Shown here: positions 35,937 through 46,058 of the stretch, piece after piece
How positions within the stretch are numbered: position 1 is the first letter of the stretch
Layout: the number at the start of each line of letters is the position of its first letter
Source of the DNA: Elusimicrobiales bacterium
GTDB lineage: Bacteria > Elusimicrobiota > Elusimicrobia > Elusimicrobiales > UBA9959
NCBI GenBank assembly: GCA_049972095.1
Contig: JBMFKQ010000009.1
Location: forward strand, 1-46,058
Reading direction: 5' to 3'
DNA: 46,058 bases
The notes under the pieces: model-generated
The model's database searches: none
What the model was told of the DNA's origin: nothing
What the model saw: only the letters and a program-made list of their open reading frames with translations
Translations under genes and position numbers: made by a program

Positions 35937-37409
35937 TCAGTTGCAAATCAACAGAAGAGTCTTATCTATTCTTGATATAACCCGATCCTTACCAAGATAC
36001 TCAATCATTCTGAAAAGTGTGGGTCCCTGTGCCCTTCCACTTACCGCAACCCTTATAGGATGAAAAACCTCAGATGTTTTATATCCCTTTTCTTTACAGA
36101 AATCTCTGGTAGCTTTTTCTATTGAAGACTCTGTAAAATCATTAAGAGATGCATAAACCTCTTTTATACTTCTAAGTATTTCCTTCACCCCTGGCTTTTT
36201 TATAACCCTATCAAAAGATTCTATATCATAAACTATATCCTCAGTGAAGAAAAAATCGATAAGCTTTGGAACATCACTGAGAAGTTTATATTTCTCTTGC
36301 TCTATTGCAACTATATCACAAGGATCTGCACTTGCCTTTGAAATATCTATGCCTGCCTCTTTGAGAAATGGAAGAACTGCATTATAGAGTTCTTCCTTGC
36401 TCATCTTTCTTATATACTCTCCGTTCATCCATGTAAGCTTCACAGGATCAAATATTGCAGGATTTTTTTGACACCCTTCAAGAGAAAACTTCTCCTCAAG
36501 CTCTCCATCCGCAAATATTTGCTGACTATCCTTTGTAGACCATCCCAAAAGGGCAAGATAATTTTTCATTGTTCTTGGAAGATAACCGGCTCTTTGGTAT
36601 TCAGAAATACTTGTTGCACCGTGTCTTTTTGAAAGCCGTGTGCCATCAGGACCGAGTATCATTGATAGGTGTGCAAACTCAGGTATCTCCCAGCCAAGGG
36701 CTTTATAAAGATTTATTTGAAGAGGGGTATTTGATATATGATCATCCCCTCTTATAACATGAGTTATATGCATTAGATGATCATCAACAACACACGCGAA
36801 ATTGTAGGTTGGATATCCGCTTGCCTTTATCATTACAAAATCATAGAGAAGTCCATTTTGAAAACTCAAATCTCCATGGATAAGATCCATCCACGATGTA
36901 GTTCCATCATCCGGCATTTTAAATCTCACAACAGGTTTTCTTCCCTGAGCTTTAAATTCCTCTATCTGTTTTTGAGTAAGATTTCTACATCTCCCATCAT
37001 ATCTTGGTGGCCTTCTCTCAAGCTGGGCCTTTTTTCTCATCTCTTCAAGTTCATCAGGTGTGCAGTAGCAGTAATAGGCATATCCCTTTGTAAGAAGCTC
37101 ATCTGCATACTTTCTGTATATACCTAATGCCTCCCTTTTACTCTGTATGTAAGGTCCAAAATCTCCTACCTCATTTTCCTCATCAATAGCACCTTCATCC
37201 CACTCAAGACCAAGCCATCTCATACTTTCAAATATTGAACGCATTGACTCCTTTGTGCTTCTTATCTCATCTGTGTCCTCTATTCTAAGAATAAAAGTCC
37301 CATTATATTTTCTGGCAAAAAGATAGTTAAAAAGTGCAGTTCTTGCACCACCTATATGAAGATGGCCTGTTGGAGATGGTGCAAATCTGACTCTTACATT
37401 CTTTTCCAT
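35937..37409 (-). CDS. gltX: Glutamate--tRNA ligase
   Basis: RVRFAPSPTGHLHIGGARTAL, LRIEDTD, ITHVIRGDDH, RLSKRHG. Confidence 0.97.
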   Translation of the reverse strand: MEKNVRVRFAPSPTGHLHIGGARTALFNYLFARKYNGTFILRIEDTDEIRSTKESMRSIFESMRWLGLEWDEGAIDEENEVGDFGPYIQSKREALGIYRKYADELLTKGYAYYCYCTPDELEEMRKKAQLERRPPRYDGRCRNLTQKQIEEFKAQGRKPVVRFKMPDDGTTSWMDLIHGDLSFQNGLLYDFVMIKASGYPTYNFACVVDDHLMHITHVIRGDDHISNTPLQINLYKALGWEIPEFAHLSMILGPDGTRLSKRHGATSISEYQRAGYLPRTMKNYLALLGWSTKDSQQIFADGELEEKFSLEGCQKNPAIFDPVKLTWMNGEYIRKMSKEELYNAVLPFLKEAGIDISKASADPCDIVAIEQEKYKLLSDVPKLIDFFFTEDIVYDIESFDRVIKKPGVKEILRSIKEVYASLNDFTESSIEKATRDFCKEKGYKTSEVFHPIRVAVSGRAQGPTLFRMIEYLGKDRVISRIDKTLLLICN

Positions 37410-37422
37410 AAGCTACTTCCTC

Positions 37423-39039
37423 CTAATTTGATTTCAAAGAGAATTTTTGAAGAAGCTCAAGTGCATGAGCCCTTGCTGTATAATGAGAATAATCAGAACC
37501 AAACATCCTTGCTAACTCCTCTATTCTCTCATTTATATCTGTGAGTCTTAAAGCCCTTATCAGCGTATGTGATCTCTCTGTTTTCTTTTCAACCTTTATA
37601 TGAAGATCTGCAAAAACTGCTATTTGTGCAAGGTGTGTTATACATATCACCTGAGAGTTTAAGGAAATATCTCTTATAAGCCTTGCAACCTTAAAGGCTG
37701 TATTTCCACCAATTCCACTGTCTATCTCATCCAGAATCATAACAGACGGAGAAGAGCTTTTTGAAAACACACTTTTAAGTGCAACCATTATCCTTGATAT
37801 CTCACCACCACTTGCCACATATCTGACCGGTCTGAGAGGAAAATCAGGACCTGAACGAAAAAGAAACTCTATAGAGTTTTTCCCACGACTATTAAACTCC
37901 TCCGTATCCTCAACCTGTATATCAAACTGGGAGTTTTTAAGTTCAAGCTCCCAGAGAACAGATGTTATTTTTTCAGATAGTTTCTTTGCCTCTTTTTTTC
38001 TTTTCCTTGATAGTTCCACAGATATCTTACCCATTTTTTTCTCAATATCTGCTATCTCTTTTTCCACATCCTGTTTATTCTCAGTGTAAGATAAAAGATC
38101 ATCAAGCTCTTTTTTATATCTAACAGCAATCTCTAAAAGCTCTTTTATATTAGAAGCGGAGTATTTCCTTTTTAAACCTCTTATTAGTTCATCTCTCTCT
38201 ATTAGACTGTCTATATCCTCTTCTATGTTATATGACGAAAGCTTACTGCCAATATTTTCACACACAACATCAACCTCATCACTCAGCCTTGAAATACCTT
38301 CATAAAGAGGTGTAAAATCTGAAGTAAATCGACTAAGCTCCTCAGCCTTTCTTAAGGCTTTTGAAACAAGCTCTACAACCCCATTTTCACCTCTTAAAGT
38401 AGCATCAAGCTCATGAAGAATGTTCAGTATCTTTGATATATTTTTGTAATTATGAATCTTTTCTTCAAGGATTATATCCTCTTGTTCTTTAAGATGTGCA
38501 TTTTCTATTTCATCAATCTGAAACCTTCTCATCTCTATCAATCTTTCTCTTTCAACCTCACTCATATTCATCGTCTGAAGCTTTCTTAAAAGCTGTTGCC
38601 TTTTAGCAAAAAGTAAGGCATACTCCTCAACTATAGCATCAGTGCCAGCGTATTTATCAAGGAGCAAAAGCTGAAAATCATTTTTTGTAAGGGCAATATT
38701 CTCCATCTGTGAATGGAAATCTATAAGCAGCTGTCTCAATCTTTCTATCTCACAAAGGTTAACCTGAACACCATTTATATAATACTTAGACTTACCAGAA
38801 ACCTCATAAATCCTTTCTATAATAAATCTTTCATCTCTATCTCTAAAAGAAGCCTTTACATAAATTGGCTTACTAATCCCCTTAAATGAAAATCTTGAAC
38901 CAAAAAGAAAGGCAAGTGATTCAACCATAACAGATTTGCCAGCACCGGTTTCACCCGTTATAACATTAAATCCTCTATCAAAATCAATTGAAAGATCATC
39001 AATAACAGCAAAATTTTTTATCTCAAGCCTTTCTATCAT
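37423..39039 (-). CDS. recN: DNA repair protein RecN
   Basis: ITGETGAGKS, ASGGEISR, DEIDSGIGG, QVICITHLAQIA. Confidence 0.96.
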   Translation of the reverse strand: MIERLEIKNFAVIDDLSIDFDRGFNVITGETGAGKSVMVESLAFLFGSRFSFKGISKPIYVKASFRDRDERFIIERIYEVSGKSKYYINGVQVNLCEIERLRQLLIDFHSQMENIALTKNDFQLLLLDKYAGTDAIVEEYALLFAKRQQLLRKLQTMNMSEVERERLIEMRRFQIDEIENAHLKEQEDIILEEKIHNYKNISKILNILHELDATLRGENGVVELVSKALRKAEELSRFTSDFTPLYEGISRLSDEVDVVCENIGSKLSSYNIEEDIDSLIERDELIRGLKRKYSASNIKELLEIAVRYKKELDDLLSYTENKQDVEKEIADIEKKMGKISVELSRKRKKEAKKLSEKITSVLWELELKNSQFDIQVEDTEEFNSRGKNSIEFLFRSGPDFPLRPVRYVASGGEISRIMVALKSVFSKSSSPSVMILDEIDSGIGGNTAFKVARLIRDISLNSQVICITHLAQIAVFADLHIKVEKKTERSHTLIRALRLTDINERIEELARMFGSDYSHYTARAHALELLQKFSLKSN

Positions 39040-39044
39040 ATAAA

Positions 39045-39854
39045 CTATCTTTCTCCCCAGCTTAATTTTTTCCTCAAGATATCAAAGTAGCTATAATTCT
39101 CAGATACTATACTTTTAAGCTTTTTTTCATAAAAGGATATTTCAATACCCTTTTCGATTTGAAAATTTATTTGCCCATCTATTGACACAAAAATATTCTC
39201 TTTTCTAAAAGGGTCCCTTTGCCTAACATAAACTCTTATTAATGAGGTGTATGGAAGAATGAGACTTCTGTGTGTGAGTGTGTGTGAGGATATGGGTGTT
39301 AGTATAAGAATATTTGTCTCTGGATGAACTATCGGGCCAAAGGCACTGAGGTTGTATGCAGTTGAACCCGTTGGAGTTGAGAATATAAGCCCATCTGAAA
39401 AATAACTGCTTATAAGCTCATCAGAATAGAAAACATCTGAATAAAATATTCTAGAACTTGCAGACTTTATAACGCAGTCATTTAAGGCTTTAAATATATT
39501 TCCATCATAAGAAATTTTGAGCATGCTCCTTAAAACTACTTTGTATCTTCTATTGAGATACATCTCTATGAAATCTTCAATATCAGAAACCTCAACGCTA
39601 CTTAAAAATCCAAGTCCTCCTGTCTTAACGGCAATAAGTGGAATATCCATATCAACTATGTGATGTGAAGCCCATAGCACAGTTCCATCGCCACCTATAG
39701 AAACTGCAAAATCAGCATAAGGCACACCCTTTGAGTCTTCAAGAACACATATTGTGCTAACTGATATAGAATGTAATTTCAAAAGTCTTACAACCCTTTC
39801 AAGAACCCTTATATTCTCTTCACTCTTTGAGTTGTAAAAAACAAGGCATTTCAT
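39045..39854 (-). CDS. nadK: NAD(+) kinase
   Basis: GGDGT, GGLGFL, ALND, DGLIFSTPTGSTAYNLSA; adjacent to recN. Confidence 0.95.
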   Translation of the reverse strand: MKCLVFYNSKSEENIRVLERVVRLLKLHSISVSTICVLEDSKGVPYADFAVSIGGDGTVLWASHHIVDMDIPLIAVKTGGLGFLSSVEVSDIEDFIEMYLNRRYKVVLRSMLKISYDGNIFKALNDCVIKSASSRIFYSDVFYSDELISSYFSDGLIFSTPTGSTAYNLSAFGPIVHPETNILILTPISSHTLTHRSLILPYTSLIRVYVRQRDPFRKENIFVSIDGQINFQIEKGIEISFYEKKLKSIVSENYSYFDILRKKLSWGER

Positions 39855-39871
39855 AAATAAATTCTACAAAA

Positions 39872-41668
39872 TTAAAAACACCTATCTTTAAAACAAAACC
39901 TAAGCCTTGAATAAATGTTATGATAGCCGTAGTTATCATAAAACTCAGCATAAAATCCATTCCTCTCCTCTCCACCAAAAATACAATCTGCAGGAATATC
40001 TTTTTCACATATCCACATAGGCATAATAACCTTTTTCACCTTAAAGGTTTCAATAAGCTTAAGAAGAGTTTTTTTTCTAAATGTTTTGTATGATGAGATC
40101 ACAATGTAATCTACTCTGTTCCTTCTTGATGCATAAACTGCATTTATTATCTTATCTGCGTCAAGTATCGGATCAACAATAAAATATTCACCATTTCTCT
40201 CAATATACCACACATCCTTGTGTTTTGCTTTGAGGTTGATATCATCACCTACAGGGGTTCTTATTGAAAAAGAAAAAATTAAGAAAATAAAAACAAAAGA
40301 AAACCATAGCTTTGACCAAGGTTTAGAAAAATCAAAGATAGGAAGATGAAGAAGTGTTAGTATTAAAAGTGTTATGGAGATAACTGAAACAGGATTTGGT
40401 AAGGAGAAATAGATCATTGAATATTTGAATGATGAAAAGTAATAAACCATATTTATAAATCCATTTACAGATAGCTCAACCAGAGTATCAGCAAAAGTCA
40501 AATCTGTAAAAAATCTTAGAAAGCTCCACAAAACTGAAACACTCATTACAGCGGATGAGAATGGTATAAGGATAAGATTTGAGAGATATGAAACAAGAGA
40601 AAATCTATAGAAATGGGTGGAGACATATGGAAAAAGCATCATCTGTGAAAAAATAGTCATAAGAAATATACTAACTATAGCTCTGATAGATCTTCTCAGT
40701 GTCATTTTTAAAAACACAAAAAGCCTTCCATCTGATGATTTGAATTTTATCAAGTCAAATTTTTCAAAGATCCACCCCCAGTTCATAAAACCAACAACTA
40801 TCCCATAGACACACAAAAACGACATTATGAAAGAAGGATCATAAATATATAGAGGCTGGTTTAAAAGCATAACTGTAAAGACAAGAACAACTGAATTAAA
40901 AGGATCGGTATTTCTTCTAAGAAAATATATCAAAAACCCACAGACTATCATCATATAGCCTCTGGTCACAGGTGGATCAAAGCCTATTATCAACACATAG
41001 AGAAAGCCAAAAATCATTGAAATAAAATATTTCAGCCTTCTTGGAAATGGGAAAAAACCAACAACAAAAAAACAAAAACTCATAAAATAAGATATATTAC
41101 TTCCAGATGCAACCATAAGGTGTGTTATACCGCATCTATTAACAGCATCCTTGAAATCAGCCGATAGATCCTCCTTTTCACCCAACACAAGCCCTTCTAT
41201 CACTGAATAGAGATTACGGCTAAAATTCTTTTCAACCATCTTTTTGAAACGATATCTTATAGTAGATGCTATGCTGAAGAATATATTTGATGATCTAATC
41301 CTTCTTATCTCATAAGAGTTTATCTCCCAGAAAATATTCTTTAAGTTCATATATTTTTTCCAGCTAAAATTTCCAAAATAATCGCACGAGTTTATCTCAG
41401 ATACATCTCCCTTCAAGCATATATAATCGTATAAAGAAAGCTCTATATATTGAGTTGTTTTTACAAGAAATCTTCCATCGTTATTTTTGAGATAAAAATA
41501 AAAAAACTTAGCACTTTTATAGGGGTATGAAACAACATAACCACAGTACTCAGAATCCCTTGCTAATGGAGGTTTTCTATTAAGAAGAAGAGGGGTTAGA
41601 AGATATATAACCAAAGAAAAAAGAAAAACAAAAACAACAAGAGCTCTTGTGTAATACTCAAAACGCAT
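39872..41668 (-). CDS. comEC: ComEC/Rec2 family competence protein
   Basis: LVLGE, GITHLMVASGSNI, PPVTR, P...D.SFIMSF, SNLILIP; multiple TM helices. Confidence 0.88.
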   Translation of the reverse strand: MRFEYYTRALVVFVFLFSLVIYLLTPLLLNRKPPLARDSEYCGYVVSYPYKSAKFFYFYLKNNDGRFLVKTTQYIELSLYDYICLKGDVSEINSCDYFGNFSWKKYMNLKNIFWEINSYEIRRIRSSNIFFSIASTIRYRFKKMVEKNFSRNLYSVIEGLVLGEKEDLSADFKDAVNRCGITHLMVASGSNISYFMSFCFFVVGFFPFPRRLKYFISMIFGFLYVLIIGFDPPVTRGYMMIVCGFLIYFLRRNTDPFNSVVLVFTVMLLNQPLYIYDPSFIMSFLCVYGIVVGFMNWGWIFEKFDLIKFKSSDGRLFVFLKMTLRRSIRAIVSIFLMTIFSQMMLFPYVSTHFYRFSLVSYLSNLILIPFSSAVMSVSVLWSFLRFFTDLTFADTLVELSVNGFINMVYYFSSFKYSMIYFSLPNPVSVISITLLILTLLHLPIFDFSKPWSKLWFSFVFIFLIFSFSIRTPVGDDINLKAKHKDVWYIERNGEYFIVDPILDADKIINAVYASRRNRVDYIVISSYKTFRKKTLLKLIETFKVKKVIMPMWICEKDIPADCIFGGEERNGFYAEFYDNYGYHNIYSRLRFCFKDRCF

Positions 41669-41682
41669 AAAAAATTTGAGGT

Positions 41683-42276
41683 TTAACCTTCTTCCACAGG
41701 AACCCTTTGTTTTAGAGCGTGAGAAAGTGTAAAACTATCTATATAATCTATATTAGCCCCAAGAGGAATACCGTAGGCGATTCTTGAAATCTTAACACCC
41801 ATATCTGAAAGAGCCTTCTTTATATAAATGGCTGTGATCTGTCCCTCAGTTGTTGCGTCAAGTGCTATTATAACCTCATCCGAATTAGTTTCTTTTATCA
41901 TTCTTTTAAGATGTTTAATATTATTTGTAAAGCTTGTATTATTACTGGCTGGGATAAGATTTGAACCAAGAACAAAATATCTTCCTCTATACACAGCTGT
42001 TTTTTCTATGGAGATAACATCAAAAGGAGTTTCAACCACACATATCTTGTTTATCCTTGATGTATCACAGCATATCTCACATATCTCGTGTATTGTATAA
42101 TTGTTACACATAGTGCAGTTTTTGACATTACTTTTAACATCTCTTATAGCCGATATAAGCTCATCTATCTCAGACTCATTAGCTTTAAGTATGTATAGTG
42201 AAAACCTCTCAGCCTGTTTAGGGCCAACAGAAGGAAATCTTCTGAAACTATCTATCAACCTTTGGAGAAACTTCAT
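41683..42276 (-). CDS. recR: Recombination mediator RecR
   Basis: FPSVGPKQAER (HhH), CTMC...CEIC zinc finger, ICVVE, EVIIA...TEG, SRIAYGIP.G. Confidence 0.96.
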   Translation of the reverse strand: MKFLQRLIDSFRRFPSVGPKQAERFSLYILKANESEIDELISAIRDVKSNVKNCTMCNNYTIHEICEICCDTSRINKICVVETPFDVISIEKTAVYRGRYFVLGSNLIPASNNTSFTNNIKHLKRMIKETNSDEVIIALDATTEGQITAIYIKKALSDMGVKISRIAYGIPLGANIDYIDSFTLSHALKQRVPVEEG

Positions 42277-43780
42277 TTTTAACAACCCTAATTATACTAT
42301 CCCCGAAAATTTTTTTAATCCTCTCAAGCTCTGGAAAGTGTGGTTCAAGATCAGAACAAATCTCTTTTTTAACAAAGTTTTCACCCTTTTCTGTTTCTTT
42401 TTTGTTTATATAGAGTTTCATATGATATTGTGAAAAAAAAGTAGAAAGTTCCTCAATATGATTTCTAAGAATCTCCAATTCTATCTCGGATGATGGAGTT
42501 ATATAAACATCATTACCATCAAAACGCACATATGATGATATAAGTAGATTGTATAACTGGTAATTTTCCTTCATAAAATGCTCACATATCTTTTTCCACG
42601 AATCAGATGTAATATTTTCAGTCTTTGGTAAAAGGATGTTTTTTGTTGCTTGTGAGTCATCCTTTTTCTCATCTTGAGAACCTTCCAATGTATTTGATGA
42701 CTCAAGCGTTTTTATAATGCTTTCTATATCTACTGTGTCTATAAGCGTATATATAAAAATCTCTGCAAGAAGAAAAGGGTTATCAGAGTATTTTACCTCA
42801 TCAATTATTCTATTTATTTTTCTGGCAAGTTTTGCGAAAAGAAATGGATTTGTTCCGTTATGTATCAAAATATCATCTCCAGTGTAAAGTTCGTTTGCTG
42901 CAAGAAAGCTCTTTGAAAACACATCACGCATCTCTCTGAGAACTCCAAGGATATCATACCCTTCTTTTTTTATATCTTTGAAAACTGAGTTTATCATCTT
43001 AACATCTCTTGATATAACAGCCTCGGCAAGAGCCTTGACTATATGCCGAGCAGGATAACCAAGTATCTCTCTTGTTTTTAGCTCACTAACATATCCTGCA
43101 CAGAATGATGAGACCTTTTCAAGAAGGCTTAAAGCATCCCTTACTGCACCACTGCAATTTCGAACTATAAGCCTTAAAGCTAACTCTTCATATCTTATAC
43201 CTTCAAGCCTGCATATCTCCTCAAGCCTTTTCATTATCTCATCCTCCCCAACAGCTCTGAAGCGAAAGGACTGACATCTTGATATTATGGTTAAGGGCAC
43301 TTTGTTTATCTCTGTAGTCGCCAATATAAAAACAGCATGATGGGGTGGTTCCTCAAGTGTCTTAAGAAGGGCGTTGAAAGCAGCTGTTGAAAGCATATGC
43401 ACTTCATCAAGTATATATATTCTATATCTATCTCTTGCAGGAGATAGCCTTACACTGTCTATTATCACATCCCTGATATTTTGAACCTGGGTATGACTTG
43501 CAGCATCCATTTCCATAACATCAACAGAGCTTGAGGATGATATCTCTTGACAAGAAACGCATAGATTACATGGGTCTATTCCTTTCCTTGAATGGCAGTT
43601 TAGAACCTTTGCAAGTATCCTTGCTGTTGATGTTTTACCAGAACCCCTTGGACCATAGAAAAGATATGAATGGGATATTTTATTAAGAGCAACAGCATTT
43701 GAAAGGGTTTTGGCTATCTCTTTTTGGCCTATAAGCTCATTAAAACTATTCGGTCTATATTTTTGATATAAAGCTTCCAT
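42248..43780 (-). CDS. dnaX: DNA polymerase III subunit gamma/tau
   Basis: LYQKYRP..F, GPRGSGKT, zinc Cys cluster, DEVHMLS..AFNALLKTLEEPP, TIISRCQ. Confidence 0.97.
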   Translation of the reverse strand: MEALYQKYRPNSFNELIGQKEIAKTLSNAVALNKISHSYLFYGPRGSGKTSTARILAKVLNCHSRKGIDPCNLCVSCQEISSSSSVDVMEMDAASHTQVQNIRDVIIDSVRLSPARDRYRIYILDEVHMLSTAAFNALLKTLEEPPHHAVFILATTEINKVPLTIISRCQSFRFRAVGEDEIMKRLEEICRLEGIRYEELALRLIVRNCSGAVRDALSLLEKVSSFCAGYVSELKTREILGYPARHIVKALAEAVISRDVKMINSVFKDIKKEGYDILGVLREMRDVFSKSFLAANELYTGDDILIHNGTNPFLFAKLARKINRIIDEVKYSDNPFLLAEIFIYTLIDTVDIESIIKTLESSNTLEGSQDEKKDDSQATKNILLPKTENITSDSWKKICEHFMKENYQLYNLLISSYVRFDGNDVYITPSSEIELEILRNHIEELSTFFSQYHMKLYINKKETEKGENFVKKEICSDLEPHFPELERIKKIFGDSIIRVVKNEVSPKVDR

Positions 43781-43799
43781 AAAAATTCAACAAAAAAGA

Positions 43800-44651
43800 C
43801 TAAAATCTAACTCCGGCACCTAAGGAGAGATACCTTTGTGTTTTACTATTTATATCTTTATATGTCTCAAGCTGAATGGTAACACCAACCATCGCAAGAT
43901 CAATATAAGCTCCCAAAGCATAAACATCAACACTCTCATCCCTTTTTGTTTTTATTCTGTTGTAAGAAAGATAAGGTGTTACTAAAGGGCTTTGTGGAAT
44001 TTCAACCCTTGCATTAAAACTGGATTTTATAAAAACTGGGAAAACACTGTTTATACCTGAGATCCTCTGTGTTGGTGTTATTTGAGTTTTGGCAAGACTC
44101 TCCTTATCATATGTTGAAAGAGAGTAATTAATAGAAATCTGCGTTAAAAAAACCTTAGCACCTGCAAAAAGCGATGTGTTAATCTCATTTAAATCCGCAC
44201 CTAAGGCGATGTAGTTATGTGCAATAAGTGCTGCAGATGCTCCAAAATCAAGCTGAGTGACACCGCTTGCAGACCTTGAGATAAAACCAGAATTCGGTCC
44301 AGCAAGTCTTTTTCTTGAATAGGATGTTGGATTAAGTGAAAATGTTATATCCCCTCCAATAGAAACATTTTTATAACCAGACTTTTCTGGAATAAATCCA
44401 CCTGTAAAAGCAAGGGTGTATGATGGCTTTTCAAAACCAACTCTTACAGCGAAACTATTGAATGTGTCAGTTGAATTACTCTTCCATGATAGCCACGAAG
44501 GCTTTAGCCACAAACCCTCTTTACCAAAAAGCAGATAAACATCCTGTTGAACATATCCATCTTTCCCAGTTGTCCAATTTAAAGCGCCATCGAAGTATCC
44601 AAACACACAAGTCTCGAGAAAAAAGAGCATGGTAAAAAGAATTTTTTTCAT
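43800..44651 (-). CDS. Hypothetical exported protein, probable outer-membrane beta-barrel
   Basis: ATG after AAGGAG; signal peptide MKKILFTMLFFLETCVFG; terminal YLSLGAGVRF. Confidence 0.7.
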   Translation of the reverse strand: MKKILFTMLFFLETCVFGYFDGALNWTTGKDGYVQQDVYLLFGKEGLWLKPSWLSWKSNSTDTFNSFAVRVGFEKPSYTLAFTGGFIPEKSGYKNVSIGGDITFSLNPTSYSRKRLAGPNSGFISRSASGVTQLDFGASAALIAHNYIALGADLNEINTSLFAGAKVFLTQISINYSLSTYDKESLAKTQITPTQRISGINSVFPVFIKSSFNARVEIPQSPLVTPYLSYNRIKTKRDESVDVYALGAYIDLAMVGVTIQLETYKDINSKTQRYLSLGAGVRF

Positions 44652-44661
44652 ATAATCTCCT

Positions 44662-45723
44662 TTACCTTGCAACCTTTAAACCTCCACAGAGATTTTTTGC
44701 TTCATTATTGAGCCAATCAGAGTATTTCTTTGGCAGTCTGTTTTTCCAACAACCTTTGTGATATGCATATGCTACTATAAGAGGCATTGCAATGGTGGCC
44801 TCAGAGTAAACCATCTGCTCATAACTCATATCAACCTTACCCCAGCTTGATGCCTCTTTTAATGTTGAGCCGGAAAGTGCTCCGTCTCTGACATCAGCAA
44901 CTGTTATCTGAATTGCATATTTATGCATTGGAAGGCTATATCCAAGTATATCGCATGCAACCACAACATCCTGAGTGAAATTCTTTGGCACCCCTCCACC
45001 TATCATAAATATCCCAGTCTCTTTTGCCTTTATCTTCAATTTAGTAAGCTCAAGAAAATCCTTTGCACTATCTATAGAAACATGATTATTTGGGTTTTCC
45101 CATTGATGAAGCACAAGCCCAAAGCCGGCAGAACAATCAGAAAAAGCAGGAACAAAAATAGGAACTCTTTTTTCATATGCCGCAAGAACAACAGACTCTT
45201 TGTTTTTAGCATTTTTTGAAAGATACCTTCCCATCTCTTCAATAAACTCCCTTGAAGAGTATGGCTTTGGCTCAAGGGTATTTGCTATCTTATAAATGGT
45301 CTCATCACATATCCTAAGCTCATCCTCATCTATAAATGTATCATAGATCCTGTCTATATGAAGCTCCCTAAGCTGGTTATCATCTATATTATGCCACCAT
45401 CCTTTGTAGTGTTTAAAACCAAGAGCCTCAAAGAAATCCTGATCAACAACTATTGCACCAGTAGATACGATTGCATCAACCATATTATTCATTACCATAT
45501 CATACACCACCTTTTTGAGACCCGCTGAAAAAAGAGACCCTGCAAGTGTTAGTATTATACTGCATTTCTTATCTTTAAGCATCATATCATAAATCTTTGC
45601 AGCCCTTGCAAGATCCCTTGATGAAAAAGACATATCAGCCATATCATCAATCATTGATGTAACATCATACTTCTTTATATCTATGTGTCTTATGACCTCT
45701 TTAAGATAATCCTTCTTTTTCAT
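44662..45723 (-). CDS. Deoxyhypusine synthase-like protein (probable homospermidine synthase)
   Basis: VDAIVSTGA, LR...IDRIYD, PIFVPAFSD, GGGVPKNF, DGALSG..LKEA.SWGK with the catalytic Lys retained. Confidence 0.9.
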   Translation of the reverse strand: MKKKDYLKEVIRHIDIKKYDVTSMIDDMADMSFSSRDLARAAKIYDMMLKDKKCSIILTLAGSLFSAGLKKVVYDMVMNNMVDAIVSTGAIVVDQDFFEALGFKHYKGWWHNIDDNQLRELHIDRIYDTFIDEDELRICDETIYKIANTLEPKPYSSREFIEEMGRYLSKNAKNKESVVLAAYEKRVPIFVPAFSDCSAGFGLVLHQWENPNNHVSIDSAKDFLELTKLKIKAKETGIFMIGGGVPKNFTQDVVVACDILGYSLPMHKYAIQITVADVRDGALSGSTLKEASSWGKVDMSYEQMVYSEATIAMPLIVAYAYHKGCWKNRLPKKYSDWLNNEAKNLCGGLKVAR

Positions 45724-46058
45724 AATCAACCCCCACGGTTATCCTATAACATTTTACAAAATTATTGTCTCTCTGTTGTGTAATTTTTCTTAACCTTAAA
45801 AACATTGAATTAGAGATTATGTTTATATAGAGAGGATAGAAAATTGATTTATAAAACAGACTCACTTCAAACTTTAAGGGATAGAGTTCAAAGACTTAAA
45901 AAGACACACCCCCGGAAGTTTATCTCAAATACATCATCATCCTGGTAAGTAAATCCTATTATTATCATTATTTACTACTTACACAGATAATGATAGGAGG
46001 ATAAATCATATTTTATCCTTTCCACAGCACTACCTTTGTTTATTATAAAAGTAATTGT

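Noticed and set aside
42248..42276. Absence of ybaB between dnaX and recR
   Set aside because: A common gene-order variant; not informative on its own.
42395..42405. Possible dnaX -1 frameshift site in an A-run (AAC AAA AAA GAA)
   Set aside because: Not in the A_AAA_AAG frame, no downstream stimulatory hairpin seen, and A-runs are ubiquitous here.
467..45275. Numerous 60-140 aa ORFs antisense to or nested in housekeeping genes
   Set aside because: They fully overlap well-supported genes and have no motifs, as expected for shadow ORFs.
45844..45948. 34-aa plus-strand ORF (TTG start after GAGGA) in the right-hand intergenic region
   Set aside because: Too short, with no recognisable motif; cannot be distinguished from chance. 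The region may be a decayed gene that the window edge prevents judging.
45998..46019. Inverted repeat aggataaa/tttatcct
   Set aside because: AT-rich 8-bp stem without a convincing U-tract or an assignable upstream gene; not called a terminator.

Overview
An AT-rich bacterial chromosome segment made up almost entirely of housekeeping genes. Every gene lies on the minus strand except tRNA-Lys and an adjacent pilin. The gene mix suggests a diderm anaerobe, plausibly Elusimicrobiota (inference only). From left to right: a degenerate 3-hydroxyacyl-CoA dehydrogenase-like gene and a membrane hypothetical; map-adk-secY and the spc/S10 ribosomal block (rplC to rplO, with no rpsJ, no rpmD and no alpha operon attached); three exported/outer-membrane genes including a FecR-domain protein; tRNA-Thr(GGT) and tRNA-Gly(TCC); glgA, galT, scpB, scpA, trpS and a site-2 protease; tRNA-Lys(TTT) plus a type IV pilin; rho, coaE, polA, trxA; pilC, pilT, pilB and a GYF-like membrane protein; gltX, recN, nadK, comEC, recR, dnaX; a putative beta-barrel protein and a deoxyhypusine synthase-like gene. 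No CRISPR array, integrase or transposase is visible. The most notable observations are: (1) a 143-bp, highly structured non-coding unit behind tRNA-Gly, bounded by a 25-bp duplication of the tRNA 3' end and carrying an internal antisense copy of the tRNA T-arm; (2) a Glu-to-Asp change at the ribonucleotide steric gate of DNA polymerase I; (3) a pilin with an atypical cleavage site starting 14 nt after tRNA-Lys; (4) an envelope gene triad sitting between glyT-thrT and rplC.
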